A DNA stretch of 63,222 nt, filler included. It is 12 parts of 12 records of this genome, joined end to end, with 100 filler letters (N's around TTAATTAATTAA, not from the genome) between each part and the next. Parts side by side here need not be neighbours in the genome. Positions count along the whole stretch, not along the records: positions 1 to 5,510 come from SRR7504441_2889; positions 5,611 to 14,159 come from SRR7504441_2915; 10 more parts are not named here. One strand, 5' to 3'. This document shows, in pieces, positions 1 through 11,043 of the stretch. Each line of letters opens with the position of its first letter. The first letter of the stretch is position 1. The notes beneath the pieces are model-generated. The model was not told the DNA's origin, ran no database searches, and saw only the letters and a program-made list of their open reading frames with translations. The position numbers and the translations under genes are program-made.

Positions 1-304
1 GTCGGGGCCCTAGGGCTCACATAACCTAACCTTAGGGTGGTTATATGCAGTGACTTGTATTAATTATGTACGAGTACTACCGATCTATACGTACTCGTAC
101 AGTACAATCATGTACTCGATCGCACGAGTAGTTACGAGTAATGACCAATAAAGGTAGTGGATCTCCCCGGCTATCTAGACGCGTGCACACCTTGCACCTT
201 CAAGTTTATGACAAGCAGTTTTAATAGTTTATACGGCATGCACATCAATTAATGCCAACGATTCATTCGCGTAGGGCCCGCACTTGCTCAGCAGCCTTTA
301 CATC

Positions 305-1420
305 CTAGAACTGCACCCGAGCCGCTGTCTTTTGCTCCACTTCCCGAAGCACCATCTCTCCGAAGCTCTCAGCGGCTGGACCCGCCATCACCGGCCAGCT
401 CTCGCTAGCCCCATCCAGCTGCCGCAGATCCGTCAGCGCCGGCGGACCGTGCATAAGCTTGGCCGGGCCAACCAGCCCTCCAGGCGTGACGAGACCCGGG
501 GGCAGCATCACGCAGGCCACGTTACTCAGACTGGCCTCAGCCGCTGTGTGTCCGCCCAGCAACAACTTGGCCACACGCCCGGCCCACTTGCCCATGAGCC
601 CCGTGCCGGTTGCCATCCCCGGGTGGCTGAGCGTGAACAGCACTCTATCGGTCTTGACAGCAAGAGCCCTGACCCAGCCAGCATTGGCCACCATTGCGGC
701 CATCGGGTCGGCGTGCCCATCGCCCGCCTTCCCGATCGTCCGGCCCTCAAACTCTCCCTCAGCCTCCAGCCACTTGGCCACGTCGGCCGCGGTCCGGCTG
801 AGCCAGCTCATGAGCCACCCGCTTGTGCTCACCACGCGCGCCGGGCTCCCTTGGCTGCCAGATTCAGCCAGCCGCTTTGCGAGCAGGCTGGTCAGCAAGT
901 GCCCGGCGGCCACCCGCTGGGTGTAGTGCCACTCGAGCCCGCCGTCCACCCCTTCGGCCGGGTGGCTGCTCGGGGCTTCGCCCGCGTTGAGCACCAGGGC
1001 GTCCAGTCGATCAAACCGGCCAAGCACTTGCTCTGCCAGCCTCCGCACCGACTCGAGCGAGCTGACATCCAGCTCCATCCCGACCGCTGCCGCCGGGTCG
1101 GGCACTGCCGCCGGAAGCCCAGGCTGGTCGCTCAGGGCTTGGGTCAGGGTGCGGGCGGTCGCCTCGGCGCGGCTCCGGCTCCGACTGGTGATGATCACGC
1201 GGCAGCCTTGGCTGGCCAGAGCTGCAGCAGTCGCATACCCGACGCCGCTGGTGCCGCCAGTGACCAGCGCGACCTTGCCTCGCATCGAGCCGGGCGGCAG
1301 CGTGGCCAGGGCCTCGCCCAGCTGGCGGGGCGGCGGTGGCCGGCGGCGGAGCAGCAGCCAGGCGGCAGCGGCGAGGGCGACGAGGGTTGCCAGGAGAGCG
1401 ATCATCTGTGTGGAGTCCAT
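305..1420 (-). CDS. Membrane-anchored short-chain dehydrogenase/reductase (retinol-DH-like), atypical active site
   Basis: N-terminal hydrophobic anchor; ALVTGGTSGVG Rossmann motif; MELDVSSLESVR; LDALVLNAG; RVVSTS; HPG. No YxxxK visible. Confidence 0.85.
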   Translation of the reverse strand: MDSTQMIALLATLVALAAAAWLLLRRRPPPPRQLGEALATLPPGSMRGKVALVTGGTSGVGYATAAALASQGCRVIITSRSRSRAEATARTLTQALSDQPGLPAAVPDPAAAVGMELDVSSLESVRRLAEQVLGRFDRLDALVLNAGEAPSSHPAEGVDGGLEWHYTQRVAAGHLLTSLLAKRLAESGSQGSPARVVSTSGWLMSWLSRTAADVAKWLEAEGEFEGRTIGKAGDGHADPMAAMVANAGWVRALAVKTDRVLFTLSHPGMATGTGLMGKWAGRVAKLLLGGHTAAEASLSNVACVMLPPGLVTPGGLVGPAKLMHGPPALTDLRQLDGASESWPVMAGPAAESFGEMVLREVEQKTAARVQF

Positions 1421-1598
1421 GTTCCGTGTGGAGTTCCGCCGATCCAGCGGCCTCTTGGAGAGCCGGTTGCTTTATCGGGGACGCGCTTCAGTTCCCGCGC
1501 TCTGAACGGATTTCTACAGTAGTGAAGATTGGCGAAGTCAAAATTAGAACATCGATCGATTAAATTCGGAAGCCCAGGCAGTGGAGAAGGCAGCAGCG

Positions 1599-4500
1599 AT
1601 GGCCGGCGAGCCGCGGCTGCAGATCTTCTTCAACCAGAATGACGAGATCGAGCGGTGCCCCCGCCCTCCCCGCGGGCCGAGCCGGCCGGCAGGGTGGAGC
1701 TGGACGGGGAGCAGCTCGAGTTCCAGGAGGTGGACGACCTTCCGGGGATCGCCCCGCCAGCCCCCGGGGTGGCCGTCATCGCCTGGAATGAGGACAACAT
1801 CAGCCGGTGCGTGGTGCACGACGGCGAGGTCTCCCCCCCTGCTGGGCCCGCCCACCGGTGGCAGGTTCCGTTCGAGGAGCTTGACCCTACCGCCCGGCCG
1901 GCCGAGGCAACTTCGCCCAGCAAGCCTCAGCCGCCGGTGCAGAGCATCTCTCTGGACGCGATGCAGCAGCAGGACGAGGTGGGCCGGGCGACTGGGCTGG
2001 CTCCAGCCCCTGTGCAGAAGGAGCTGGTCAACGCGTTCGAGCTGCTGGCCACTGACGGGGGGGTCGATTGGCACGGCTTCCGCATCATCGTGAGCTTCTA
2101 TTTCCAGGCCGCCGGACACGAGCTGCGGGACGAGCTGGGTAGGCCACCGGCTGGACCAGGCCTCTGACAGCGGGCGGACAGGCTCGGAGGTGCGAAACTG
2201 GTTTGACAGCAAGGTGCGGGACCGAATCGACTTTGGATCGCTCCAGAGCTTCATCCAGAGCCACGCCCCGGCCCGCGAGGTCCTCCCCGCAAAGCTGCTG
2301 CTCGCTCGGCTGCGCGAGCGGGACCCGAACGGCCGAGGGCTGGTCACCGGGGCTGCGCTGGCCGAGCAGCTGAGTCTGGTCGGGCTTTCCGGGAGTGAAC
2401 AGGTCAGTTGAGCGGTGAGGGGCAGCGGCTGAGCGGGCGCAGGCCGATCTGATGGCCAAGACGGCCACACAAGGCGAGAACGGGCTGGTGGATTACGCTG
2501 GATTTGCCCGGTGAGCCCAGCGGCTGGCCAGAGCGCTGAGGCCTGGTGGCAGAGGGTGCAGCCGGCTGACTGCTGACAAGACTGTGAAGAAGCTCGGCTG
2601 GCTGCTGGCCCGGGCGGCCACCGATTCGGTACTCCGGTTCACAATGGCCGCTGCAGTAATGCCTCGCTGCGCGCGTGCCTCGATGCTCGCCACTCGGCTG
2701 ACAGCGGGGCACAACCTCCCGTCGAGCGCAGTGTATCCGCGGCTTGACTCCAACTGCACCCCGCTGGCCAATTTGGGGCTCACTCGGGAGCGGTTGCTGG
2801 TGTCTCAGCCAGGCCGGGCTCTCCAGTTGACGTTGGACCACGCGGTTGGGATCCCGTTCCCTGACTCGTCGTTCACTGTCCTCTCCAGGCAGGCTCAAAT
2901 CTGCCTGGCCACTGATCGGTTGGTTCTCGGCCCTGTGCACACCGCCAGCGCCAGCCTGGGCGAAAACGGCGGCCATTGGCTCTTCCCGGAGCTGCCGGCG
3001 CACAACCCTGTGCTAGCCCGGCTCCCAGAGCTTGGGATGCCGGTGAAGAGGTCGGAATCGAGCGATCCGCTCAAGAAGCTAATGCTGCTGATCGAGCTGT
3101 CTGTGACCGTCCGTCGGCGGCATGTGGAGACCAGCGACACCTCCTCGGTCGGACTCAAGCGCGGGCCCACCTTGGCATCGGACCTGATGAAGAGGAATTC
3201 AACGGTTGGGTACAGGACGCGGTTTGTCACCTGGGACTGGGGCAAGGGCTTGTCGGTGTTCGAGGACAGCGACGCCGCGGCTGCTGGAGTGCTCAAGTCG
3301 TTTGTGCCTATCGGGGAGGTCACGAGCGCGGCCACTTCACAATGGCGAGATGCCAGCTTTGCAATCAATACCAGCGCACGGCGGTGGGAGTTTGCAGCCG
3401 AGAACCCACAGGATGCAGAGCACTGGCTGAAGACGATCCAGGCAGACGTCGCGATACAACAGTCCCAGGCCCGAGGCTCGGAGGCCCGCAGCTTCAGCTT
3501 GGGCTGGATCACAATCCCCGTGGCCAGCACACCAGAGTTTGGCGAGTTCGAGTACCCTCTCAACGCTGGCAGCATGATCTCACCCGATGCGTACGCTCCT
3601 TCTGACCTTAGCATCAAGAACTCGGGCATTTTTGACTCAGGCTTTGTCCGACCGACTGTCAAGTTGAGCCTGGCCCCACTTGACCCACAGGGCGTGCCTG
3701 CTCGATGGCAGGGCACCATCCCGGCGATGAGTGTCTTTTCAGAGGGCATGGTACCATTCGTCGGAATGTTCCGCCAGGCGATGGCAGACAAGCTGCTCGC
3801 TGACACGGCCGGGGCGCACTGGTCGCTGCTGCATGCATGCGATGACCCGGCGATAACTTGGTTCCCTGCAATCATGGACAGCGTGGACACGCTCGAGGCC
3901 TTCCTCTCGCTCTGGGACAAGCACGGGATCACGCCTGCCCAGATGCGCGGATCACGCGACCGTAGCGACCTCGACTACTTGCTCGAGCAGTGGCGGGCCT
4001 CGGTGCTCCAGCTCTACCCGGCGCTTGTCGACTGCCCACCGCCCCGCGCAGAGGACAGCCTCGCGCTCGAGCAGCGGGCTGAGAAGCTGGCTTGGTTTGT
4101 GGCCAACCCGGTGATTAGGGCCATGGGCGGCGACAAGCTGTTCACCAAGCCGTTCCACACGTCTGAGCTTGTGAGCGACCCAGTGCACGCGCTGCTAGCC
4201 CCAACAGAAGGCCCGGCGCACTTTGGGGACATGGCGGCTGCGGACGTGACCATATTTGTGCAGAGGCTAGCGATGCTGCTGGAGCAGGGCATGGTGAGCC
4301 GGCCGGGGGAGTGGCCGACTGAGCCGATTGACAGGGCGCGCAGCGGCCGGGGGCATCATTCTGCGTGTTCTTCGAGGCCGCGCTCTCGCACGCCGACCTG
4401 CAAGATCTGGGGAGGTATGGCTACCGGAGCCTCGAGGAGCTGGATGCGGCGTTCAGAGAGACGCCGTGTGGGCTCAACCACAGCCCCGAAGAGGTGCAGG

Positions 4501-4733
4501 CCCTGTTCCGTGAGATATTGCAAGGGCACAGCAAAGTGGACTGCATTGATCCATTCAACTTGGCCATGGCAGTGCCAGGCTTCAACAAGTCTTCAAGTGG
4601 TGGCGGCTCAGCCCACCCAATGTCTGGCGCCTCGCTCGGTGAGACGCTCTTCTTTGCTGCAAGCGCCACCGACCCAAGGAACTGGAAGCTGTCGGCAGAT
4701 TTTTTCTTCAGCTTGTCTCCCATCGCAGCGTGA
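1599..4733 (+). CDS. Nephrocystin-1 (NPHP1)-like protein with inserted PH domain and degenerate EF-hand-like regions; multi-exon
   Basis: Short GT-AG introns join ORF pieces 1581, 1655, 2190, 2584 and 4365. Motifs IPFPDSSFTVLSRQAQICL, VLGPVHT, SFSLGW, FRQAMADKLL, DPAITWFPAIMD..W and KPFHTSE parallel the NPHP1 C-terminal domain. PH-like segment ends WEFAAENPQDAEHWLKTIQ. Confidence 0.7.
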
Positions 4734-4922
4734 ACACTTCAAGTTTGACTTGTGCTCACTGTACAAGTTATCACTTACTTGTTTCTAGATGACGGTTATT
4801 AATTTTATAAAAAGCGGGCTTCCTCGTCGAGCTACTGTATCACCGTGCATACATCCGCAACATTGACATGTACTGTATGAGTGACAATCTCTACAACTAT
4901 CTAATTCTTGCTACGAGATCGA

Positions 4923-5510
4923 TCATAGTTGCCCTGCGTGTCCGTCATGCTCGTCCCTTTCCATGGCCTGTACCAGCTTAAGCTGGGATGGCTTGATGCC
5001 CTTGTTCATGAATTCTACCTCTGTTGCATCGAGTTCGCCATCCCCGTCGACGTCGAATTGCGCAAACGTGCCATTCACATGCTTGGCCGAGTCCCGCTCA
5101 AACTCTGCCCTACTTATGGTGCCGTCGTGATCCGTGTCCATTGCTTGCATTGCCGCTTTGGTAGCCTGCCCCTCCCTATCGGTTGGTGAAAGCATATTCT
5201 CATCCTCGTTGAAAAACCGACGCGACGTTGTGAATTGGCCACGCAGTGACGCAAATAAGCATTGCTCGGTAGAACACAGCATTGCCGTCGTGTTAAACAT
5301 ATCAACTCGGCCAGTGAAGGGATTCGATAGCAATCGGATCACATCAAATGCAACCATGAAAGCAAATGAGATCAGAAATACACCAAAAACAGTGGTGTAC
5401 TGAAACGAGAGAAGGATCAAGGAATCGCCACCGTCACACAGGCTCGTGGTACTGAAGGCCAGACCCCGGAATGGCAGCCCAACTGTTTCGAGAATTAAAA
5501 AGATATCGAT
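4923..5510 (-). CDS. 3' fragment of a bestrophin-like channel with a C-terminal EF-hand pair (5' truncated)
   Basis: Frame open from the contig edge; hydrophobic hairpin then LLSNPFTGRVD; EF loops DTDHDGTISRAEF and DVDGDGELDATEV. Confidence 0.6.
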   Translation of the reverse strand: MDIFLILETVGLPFRGLAFSTTSLCDGGDSLILLSFQYTTVFGVFLISFAFMVAFDVIRLLSNPFTGRVDMFNTTAMLCSTEQCLFASLRGQFTTSRRFFNEDENMLSPTDREGQATKAAMQAMDTDHDGTISRAEFERDSAKHVNGTFAQFDVDGDGELDATEVEFMNKGIKPSQLKLVQAMERDEHDGHAGQL

Positions 5511-5610
5511 NNNNNNNNNNNNNNNNNNNNNNNNNNNNNNNNNNNNNNNNNNNNTTAATTAATTAANNNNNNNNNNNNNNNNNNNNNNNNNNNNNNNNNN
5601 NNNNNNNNNN
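5511..5610. other. Artificial contig linker (N44-TTAATTAATTAA-N44); same linker at 14160-14259, 21752-21851, 25038-25137, 31604-31703, 36248-36347, 41179-41278, 44598-44697, 52401-52500, 55594-55693, 59444-59543
   Basis: Identical 100-nt spacer with stops in all six frames, 11 copies; genes are cut at these points, so adjacency across linkers means nothing. Confidence 0.99.
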
Positions 5611-6710
5611 ATCCCTGGAATAGAACAAACATGAGGTTACTTCGCCTTCTTCAACAAGACTATTTTCGCTTGAATCGCTATCTATGTTCTCGACCCGCAC
5701 TCCGCCTTCCCAAACCGTATGCTTGCCACCTCTGAGAGGGTAGTTGCTGGTAGCAGTGCCAGTGCAGTAGGAGAGAGGCGGGCAGCTGGTGCCAGGCCCC
5801 TGATCACACGGACCACCTGCCCGCCGTTGTTAGCAACGGTTATCCCTGGTACCTGCCCACCGTTGTCTGTTGTCACAAGCCAGAGCGTATCGTTGAGCAT
5901 CCCTCGCGCCTCAAGCGCCTCGCTCACATTAGCGAGTGCCTGGTCAACGGCAGTCAGCATGCCTGCGAATGTGCGCCGCTTGCTGTCAGCGATCCTGCCT
6001 ATGTAGGGCCGCTCATACTGTGCCGGCACTTGCTCGGGTGCATGCACCGCCTGGAAAGCTAGGTAGATATACAGTGCTTGGTCCGTGTTATGCTGCTGCA
6101 CCACCTCCACAGCTCGCGCCCCAAACAACTCAGTGCTGTAGCCTCCATTTGCAGATTTGAGCGCCACCGAGCAATTGGCCCCGCATTGGCTGCGCCGGTC
6201 CCACCTGAAATCAAACCCGCTGCCCAGCTGCGGGCCCGGCGACTCGGAGCCCGCCCCGGCCCGGTGCGTGTAGTAGTCCTCCCCGCCTCCGTAGAAGCCA
6301 TAGAATGATTGAAATCCCCGAAAGGTCGGCGTGTGCGCCCAGCTGTAGTAGCCCATGTGCCACTTGCCGATTGCGTGGCTGGAGTAGTTGTGCAGGTACT
6401 GTGGGATCATCCGTTCTCCCAGCGGCACCCCGGCCGCGGCCCCAGCCCAGATCACCTGGTGCTGCAGCCCGAACCGCATCGGGTATTTGCCGGTCATCAT
6501 GCTCGACCGGGAGGGCGAGCAGACCGGCATGGTGTACAGGCTGCCCAGCACTACCCCGTCATGGGCCAACGAGTCTATGAATGGCGTATCGATCTGGTGG
6601 GATCTGAACCCGAGATCGTCCCATCCGAGGTCGTCAACCACCACGTGCATGATCACACCCGCCCCCGCGAATGACAGTCTGCAAAGCGCGACCCACCACA
6701 CCGTCTGCAT
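5611..6710 (-). CDS. Arylsulfatase B-like sulfatase (formylglycine type), probably secreted; 3' truncated
   Basis: VVVDDLGWDD, CSPSRSSMMTG (CxPxR), GKWHMG, YLAFQAVHAP, TDNGG; signal-like start MQTVWWVALC at 6710. Confidence 0.92.
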
Positions 6711-7004
6711 CTCCAGCAACACACGCAGCAACGGAAAGCCTGGGTACTTGTACATGTACCAGGTGCAGTACTGATCATGATATCGATACACTGAATGTAC
6801 CAGGTATGACTGTATTTTTGACATCACTTCTAAAATTATTGCACGCAGCATGCATGCACAAGCACGAACAATTGCAAGAAGACCACAATGTCATTGATTT
6901 GGGCAACAACCAATCTGGTGCAATACGTACACGTCATTACAATGTCATGTCATTGAAAAGGGTGGGGTCCTTTACGGGTGCTTAATTAGGCAATCATGAA
7001 TCAA

Positions 7005-10000
7005 TCAGCTCCCACGGCAACAGGCTTGGCAGAACACTCCACAGCATGCCGCACAATGATGCCCACCAACGCTACCACTGCACAATACGCACCGATGTTC
7101 CTCATCACTCACAGTCGAATTGATCAATCGTCCGATCCGTTGGCTGTAAGATGGTACCTCCGGAAGCTTGTAGTGGGTTGGCTCCTGGGGAGAACTGAGG
7201 TTCAATGCTCGCTCAAACTCATCTCGGTCAATCACGCCGTCCTTATTAGTATCAATTGCATCAAACGCCACTTCGCTTAAACCTTCCAGCACCAGTGCTG
7301 GAGTTGGCACCTGAGGTCTATCCACGGGCTGCACCAGGGGACTATCCAGCTTATCTAAAAGTTTCCGCACTTCGCCTGAGTAGTCCCGGCCATTTGGGTC
7401 TTCTTGAGACGGATTCCATGAGCTGGCTGGGGTTGAAGAGGCAGCCTTCACTGCACGCGGCCCAAGTTGCGGGCCTAGCCAAGAGAGCACGGACTGAGTA
7501 TCTCGTTTCTCTGCCCGTGATGGCTTTTTAGCAACCCTCTGGTCAGTGGACTTTGCAAGTGCCTCCATGGCCACAGCCATACTATGCACTTCAGCACTGG
7601 TCGTTCTTGCATCATCACGCAGCAACACTGCCGTCAGATGTGCGAATGACGCCACCAGAGCTAGATCCAGCTGGACTGCGCTCGACGCGCCATGTGTTGC
7701 CAGCTGCAGCGCAAGTCTTACTCCCAGGGCCTCGAGATCGGCCCCCTCGGTCAACAGTCGCCCAACTTCTGTGAGAAGCATATGAACCCGCTCTGGTGTG
7801 TCCACAGTTGTTGATCTCATTACCACCCGCGATATTAGCCGGGCCTTTACTTTGGCAAAGCTGGACGATGTCTCGAGCCACAGGCGTGGGCTCTGAGCTC
7901 CATAGAACCTATTGAGTGCCGAAAACTCGCCTGCTGCTGCCACCTGGACAAGAATGAATATCAAGAAATTGCCCAAAGCGTTATGACTAATACTAGCAAG
8001 TACCTGCTCAAGCGGCTTAACCATCGTTCTCAAAGCCAGCAAATCTTGCAAAACCTGGCTCTTCGCCTCGTATCGCACCGCTTGCTCGAGCACATTGAGA
8101 TGCTTAGACATGTCATTCACCAACTGGTCCATGGTGCTGGCCACTATCAGCATGCACTGCCTACAGCAGGCCAGCACTCGCTCCCCCAGATCACCCCCCT
8201 CTTGCTGGGACATTCCCAATCTACTGCCCAAAGACATGACTGACAGCTCGCTTGCCTTCTCAAGCGTGTGTATCTCATTTAGCCGACGGTGCATGATCTG
8301 TTCTCCCTCTTTTAACATGACAAGCTCATTAGTTGCCTGCTCCCTTGCGATCTCACCCAACACCAGCCCACCCTGTTCCGCATGCAATGCAATCCTAGCT
8401 GCACTCTGGTGAACCCCCAACAACTCCCCTTCCAGCCGCGCCACCACACCCTCTAGCTCAGCCTTGTATCGTTCCTCTGTCACCTGTCTCAATTCCTGTC
8501 GAAGCTCAGATAGCCCTTCTACCCGTGTCATTAGATCTACGCGCATTGTATCCACAACTGCTCGTAGCTGAGGCAATGATAGCTTATCAAGCGTCGACTT
8601 TGGCACCTCCTGACCGCTCTTCAGCAGCTCAGTCACTAGTGTGTTGATCTGAACTTCCGGTCCCACCTGATTTCGCTCAATCGTGCCCGGCCCCAAGGCC
8701 ACTTCCACAAGCCAAGATGGTATGAAAAATCCACCTGGGTAGACTGGGGTTCTGAGCAGCGCCAACAGCTTGGACTCTGCCATGGCCATTTCCACTCCAA
8801 TTGTTGTGATTCCTAGCTGACACTGGAGCCTGCTCAGTTTGTAGCGTCGGATTGAAACCTCAGCCTCGGCCACGGACCGGAGCTGCCCGAGCTCAACAGA
8901 GCCCCAGCCACGCACTTGTGGTGCCACGAGCATGTCTGAATCAATCACCGTCATCAATACACTCACCCAGTAACCACCAAGAACCTGCGGGATGCCCCCT
9001 TCGGCAGTAATTGACGAGATGCTATCCACCAACACAGCGCAAACCGCATCAACAGAGTGTCCCACAGGCTGCTTGGTTAGCCCCAGAGAAGGTAGCGCCT
9101 TCGGGGAGGTCGGCTGTGGAGTGGATTTGACCGGTAAGCGATTGCGCCCCTGCCCGATTGCAGCCACAGCTGCCTGCTGCTTGAGCGCTTTGGCTGCATC
9201 TGCAGCCTGCTGCCGAATACTTTTGGCCTCACTCTCCACCTTCAGCTTGAATGTCTGCGCCTCCTCCTTGGCCCTTTGCTTGAGGGCCGCCACCTTCTCA
9301 GCCCTGTGCTGTTCTTCCTTTTTCTTGGCGTCACGCAGCCTGGCCTGGGCACTGGTCTTCTCTGCCAGATCATGTGCATTCTTCCGGATTGCCGCCGCCT
9401 CTTGCTCTGCGGTCTCTCTCATGATCTGAGCGTCGGTCTGCGCCTGTTTCTTGAGCCGTGAGACTTCCAGCAGCATCTGCTCCCTCTCCTGCTGGAGCTC
9501 GTGCAGTTGCCTTCTGCTGGCAGACTCCACCTGCTCCAAGGCATCGGTCCGAAGCTTGTGCTGGCGGTCTTCTTCCTGAGCCTTCGCCAGCAAGTCTGCT
9601 TCCATTTTCATCTCCGCCTGCATGTTCGATACCTTGATTGCAGCCAGCCGCTCGATTGCTGCTGCGTCCTGCTCAGCAAGGTTCCGGGCAAGCTGGGCGT
9701 CCTGTTCGGCCTCCTCCTGCACAGCTTTAATCTCGGCCACGACCGATGCCTTCAGCTGCTCAGCTTCAGCTTGCTGGGTGGCGACTTGTTGCTCTACTAG
9801 CCGTCGAGCAAGCTGGGCCCGTCTTTGTGCTGCAAGCTCACCACATTTAGCCCTGATCGATTCAGAGTTGAATTCAGCTTGCTGCCTCATACTATCTGAG
9901 TCGGCCTTGGCCTTGAGAATCAGCACGGCAGCCTCCTCCTCGGCGTTGTGCTGCAGCATAATCGCCTGCTGCTCCGCTTTCTTCTTGGCAGAAATCAGCT

Positions 10001-10922
10001 GCTTTGCCCGTTCGGAGGCTAGTGCTGAGTTCTTGAGCTGCTGCTCCTTCTCTCGCAGCGCGGACGCAGCCTCTGTCAATCGAGTTGGCTGGATGTCGCC
10101 ATCCTCCAGCTCCTTCAGTTGCCTCCTGGCCGCAATCTCCATCTGTGCTGCCGCCTCCAGCGCCTCATCACGCATCTTGCCCGCCTGGTCATGTGCGCTC
10201 TTCTTTATCCTTGCAGCTGTCCTCTCAGCCTGCTGCAATCGGTCCAACGCCTGCTTGGCCAGTGCACGGGCCTCGCCCTCCTCTTCCAACTCCTCATCCC
10301 TCGCTGCACTGTTCCTGAGTCGTGCCTTGGCATTAGCCCACTCCGACGAATCTATCCTACCGTCGTGGTTCAAGTCAATCGCATCAAACAGCAGCTCTCC
10401 GAGTGACTCGCCCCCTGCAGATGGGCTCCTCGATCGGGCTCGCAGGGCGCTGAGCTGCTCCCTGGCCGCTGCGATCCGATCGGGTGCGCCGCCATCCGAC
10501 GCTGGGGACAGCCCGGACGCAGCCTGTCGGAAGCGAGGCGGCGAGTAAGCCCGCTCCGGCGACATGGGAGAGCTTTTGCGGCCCACGGGCGACAGTGAGG
10601 CCGGCGGCGGGCGGCTGGAGGCTGGGGACGGCCTGACGCCCTCGGCAAGCTTCCGCGCTTGGACTGCCTTGCGGACTTCGGCCTTGAGGTCTACCGGCGG
10701 TCCCGGCGACAGCCGCTGGTGGCTCTGCCGGGACAGTGCCAGTGCGCGACCTAGTGGCATTCTGTCGCTCTTCTGCCCACCGCTGGGCCGCTCTGCCCGC
10801 AGGGCGCGCAGTTTGGCGTCGCGGTCAGCTCGGAGCGCGGCTGCGGCCTGAGCGCGGGCTCCGGCGCCAGAGGCGGCAGCTCGGGCTCGAGCCTGCTGCG
10901 CCAGCAGCTCTGCCCCGCCCAT
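7005..10922 (-). CDS. Large coiled-coil protein with two isolated EF-hand loops and a C-terminal Cys-rich zinc finger
   Basis: About 1300-aa open frame; long E/K/Q/A heptads; DLNHDGRIDSSEW and DTNKDGVIDRDEF; CVLC..HHCAACCGVFCQAC; likely ATG at 10922 (MGGAELLAQQ). Confidence 0.8.
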   Translation of the reverse strand: MGGAELLAQQARARAAASGAGARAQAAAALRADRDAKLRALRAERPSGGQKSDRMPLGRALALSRQSHQRLSPGPPVDLKAEVRKAVQARKLAEGVRPSPASSRPPPASLSPVGRKSSPMSPERAYSPPRFRQAASGLSPASDGGAPDRIAAAREQLSALRARSRSPSAGGESLGELLFDAIDLNHDGRIDSSEWANAKARLRNSAARDEELEEEGEARALAKQALDRLQQAERTAARIKKSAHDQAGKMRDEALEAAAQMEIAARRQLKELEDGDIQPTRLTEAASALREKEQQLKNSALASERAKQLISAKKKAEQQAIMLQHNAEEEAAVLILKAKADSDSMRQQAEFNSESIRAKCGELAAQRRAQLARRLVEQQVATQQAEAEQLKASVVAEIKAVQEEAEQDAQLARNLAEQDAAAIERLAAIKVSNMQAEMKMEADLLAKAQEEDRQHKLRTDALEQVESASRRQLHELQQEREQMLLEVSRLKKQAQTDAQIMRETAEQEAAAIRKNAHDLAEKTSAQARLRDAKKKEEQHRAEKVAALKQRAKEEAQTFKLKVESEAKSIRQQAADAAKALKQQAAVAAIGQGRNRLPVKSTPQPTSPKALPSLGLTKQPVGHSVDAVCAVLVDSISSITAEGGIPQVLGGYWVSVLMTVIDSDMLVAPQVRGWGSVELGQLRSVAEAEVSIRRYKLSRLQCQLGITTIGVEMAMAESKLLALLRTPVYPGGFFIPSWLVEVALGPGTIERNQVGPEVQINTLVTELLKSGQEVPKSTLDKLSLPQLRAVVDTMRVDLMTRVEGLSELRQELRQVTEERYKAELEGVVARLEGELLGVHQSAARIALHAEQGGLVLGEIAREQATNELVMLKEGEQIMHRRLNEIHTLEKASELSVMSLGSRLGMSQQEGGDLGERVLACCRQCMLIVASTMDQLVNDMSKHLNVLEQAVRYEAKSQVLQDLLALRTMVKPLEQVLASISHNALGNFLIFILVQVAAAGEFSALNRFYGAQSPRLWLETSSSFAKVKARLISRVVMRSTTVDTPERVHMLLTEVGRLLTEGADLEALGVRLALQLATHGASSAVQLDLALVASFAHLTAVLLRDDARTTSAEVHSMAVAMEALAKSTDQRVAKKPSRAEKRDTQSVLSWLGPQLGPRAVKAASSTPASSWNPSQEDPNGRDYSGEVRKLLDKLDSPLVQPVDRPQVPTPALVLEGLSEVAFDAIDTNKDGVIDRDEFERALNLSSPQEPTHYKLPEVPSYSQRIGRLINSTVSDEEHRCVLCSGSVGGHHCAACCGVFCQACCRGS

Positions 10923-10942
10923 CTTTGGTGCGGACTGCTGCT
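10849..10942. repeat. Copy A of a local direct repeat (5' end and start codon of the 7005-10922 gene)
   Basis: 46/48 nt match to 11888-11935, then 30/33 nt match to 11932-11964 after a 17-nt deletion in copy B. Confidence 0.9.
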
Positions 10943-11043
10943 CACTCTTGTTGGGCCATAGATCTACGCTTTTTGTGTTCGGATCGACTTCCAACGGCTG
11001 AACGGCTGGGCGGCGGGCGCTGGACAGGCCGAGGCCCTCCGAG

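Noticed and set aside
8-42. Telomere-like words (ccctaggg, taacctaacc, ttaggg)
   Set aside because: No tandem array and mixed orientation; too short to call a telomere.
284-1522. Long antisense or overlapping ORFs (also 26887-28020, 28959-30053, 30012-31112, 53798-54919)
   Set aside because: Shadow frames of GC-rich genes with Arg/Pro/Gly-rich composition and no motifs.
5555-5566. Recurrent TTAATTAATTAA flanked by Ns, resembling a repeat or CRISPR-like array
   Set aside because: Synthetic six-frame-stop linker used to concatenate contigs.
6711-6851. N-terminal extension of the sulfatase ORF
   Set aside because: AT/GTAC-rich intergenic-type sequence; a signal-like start at 6710 fits better.
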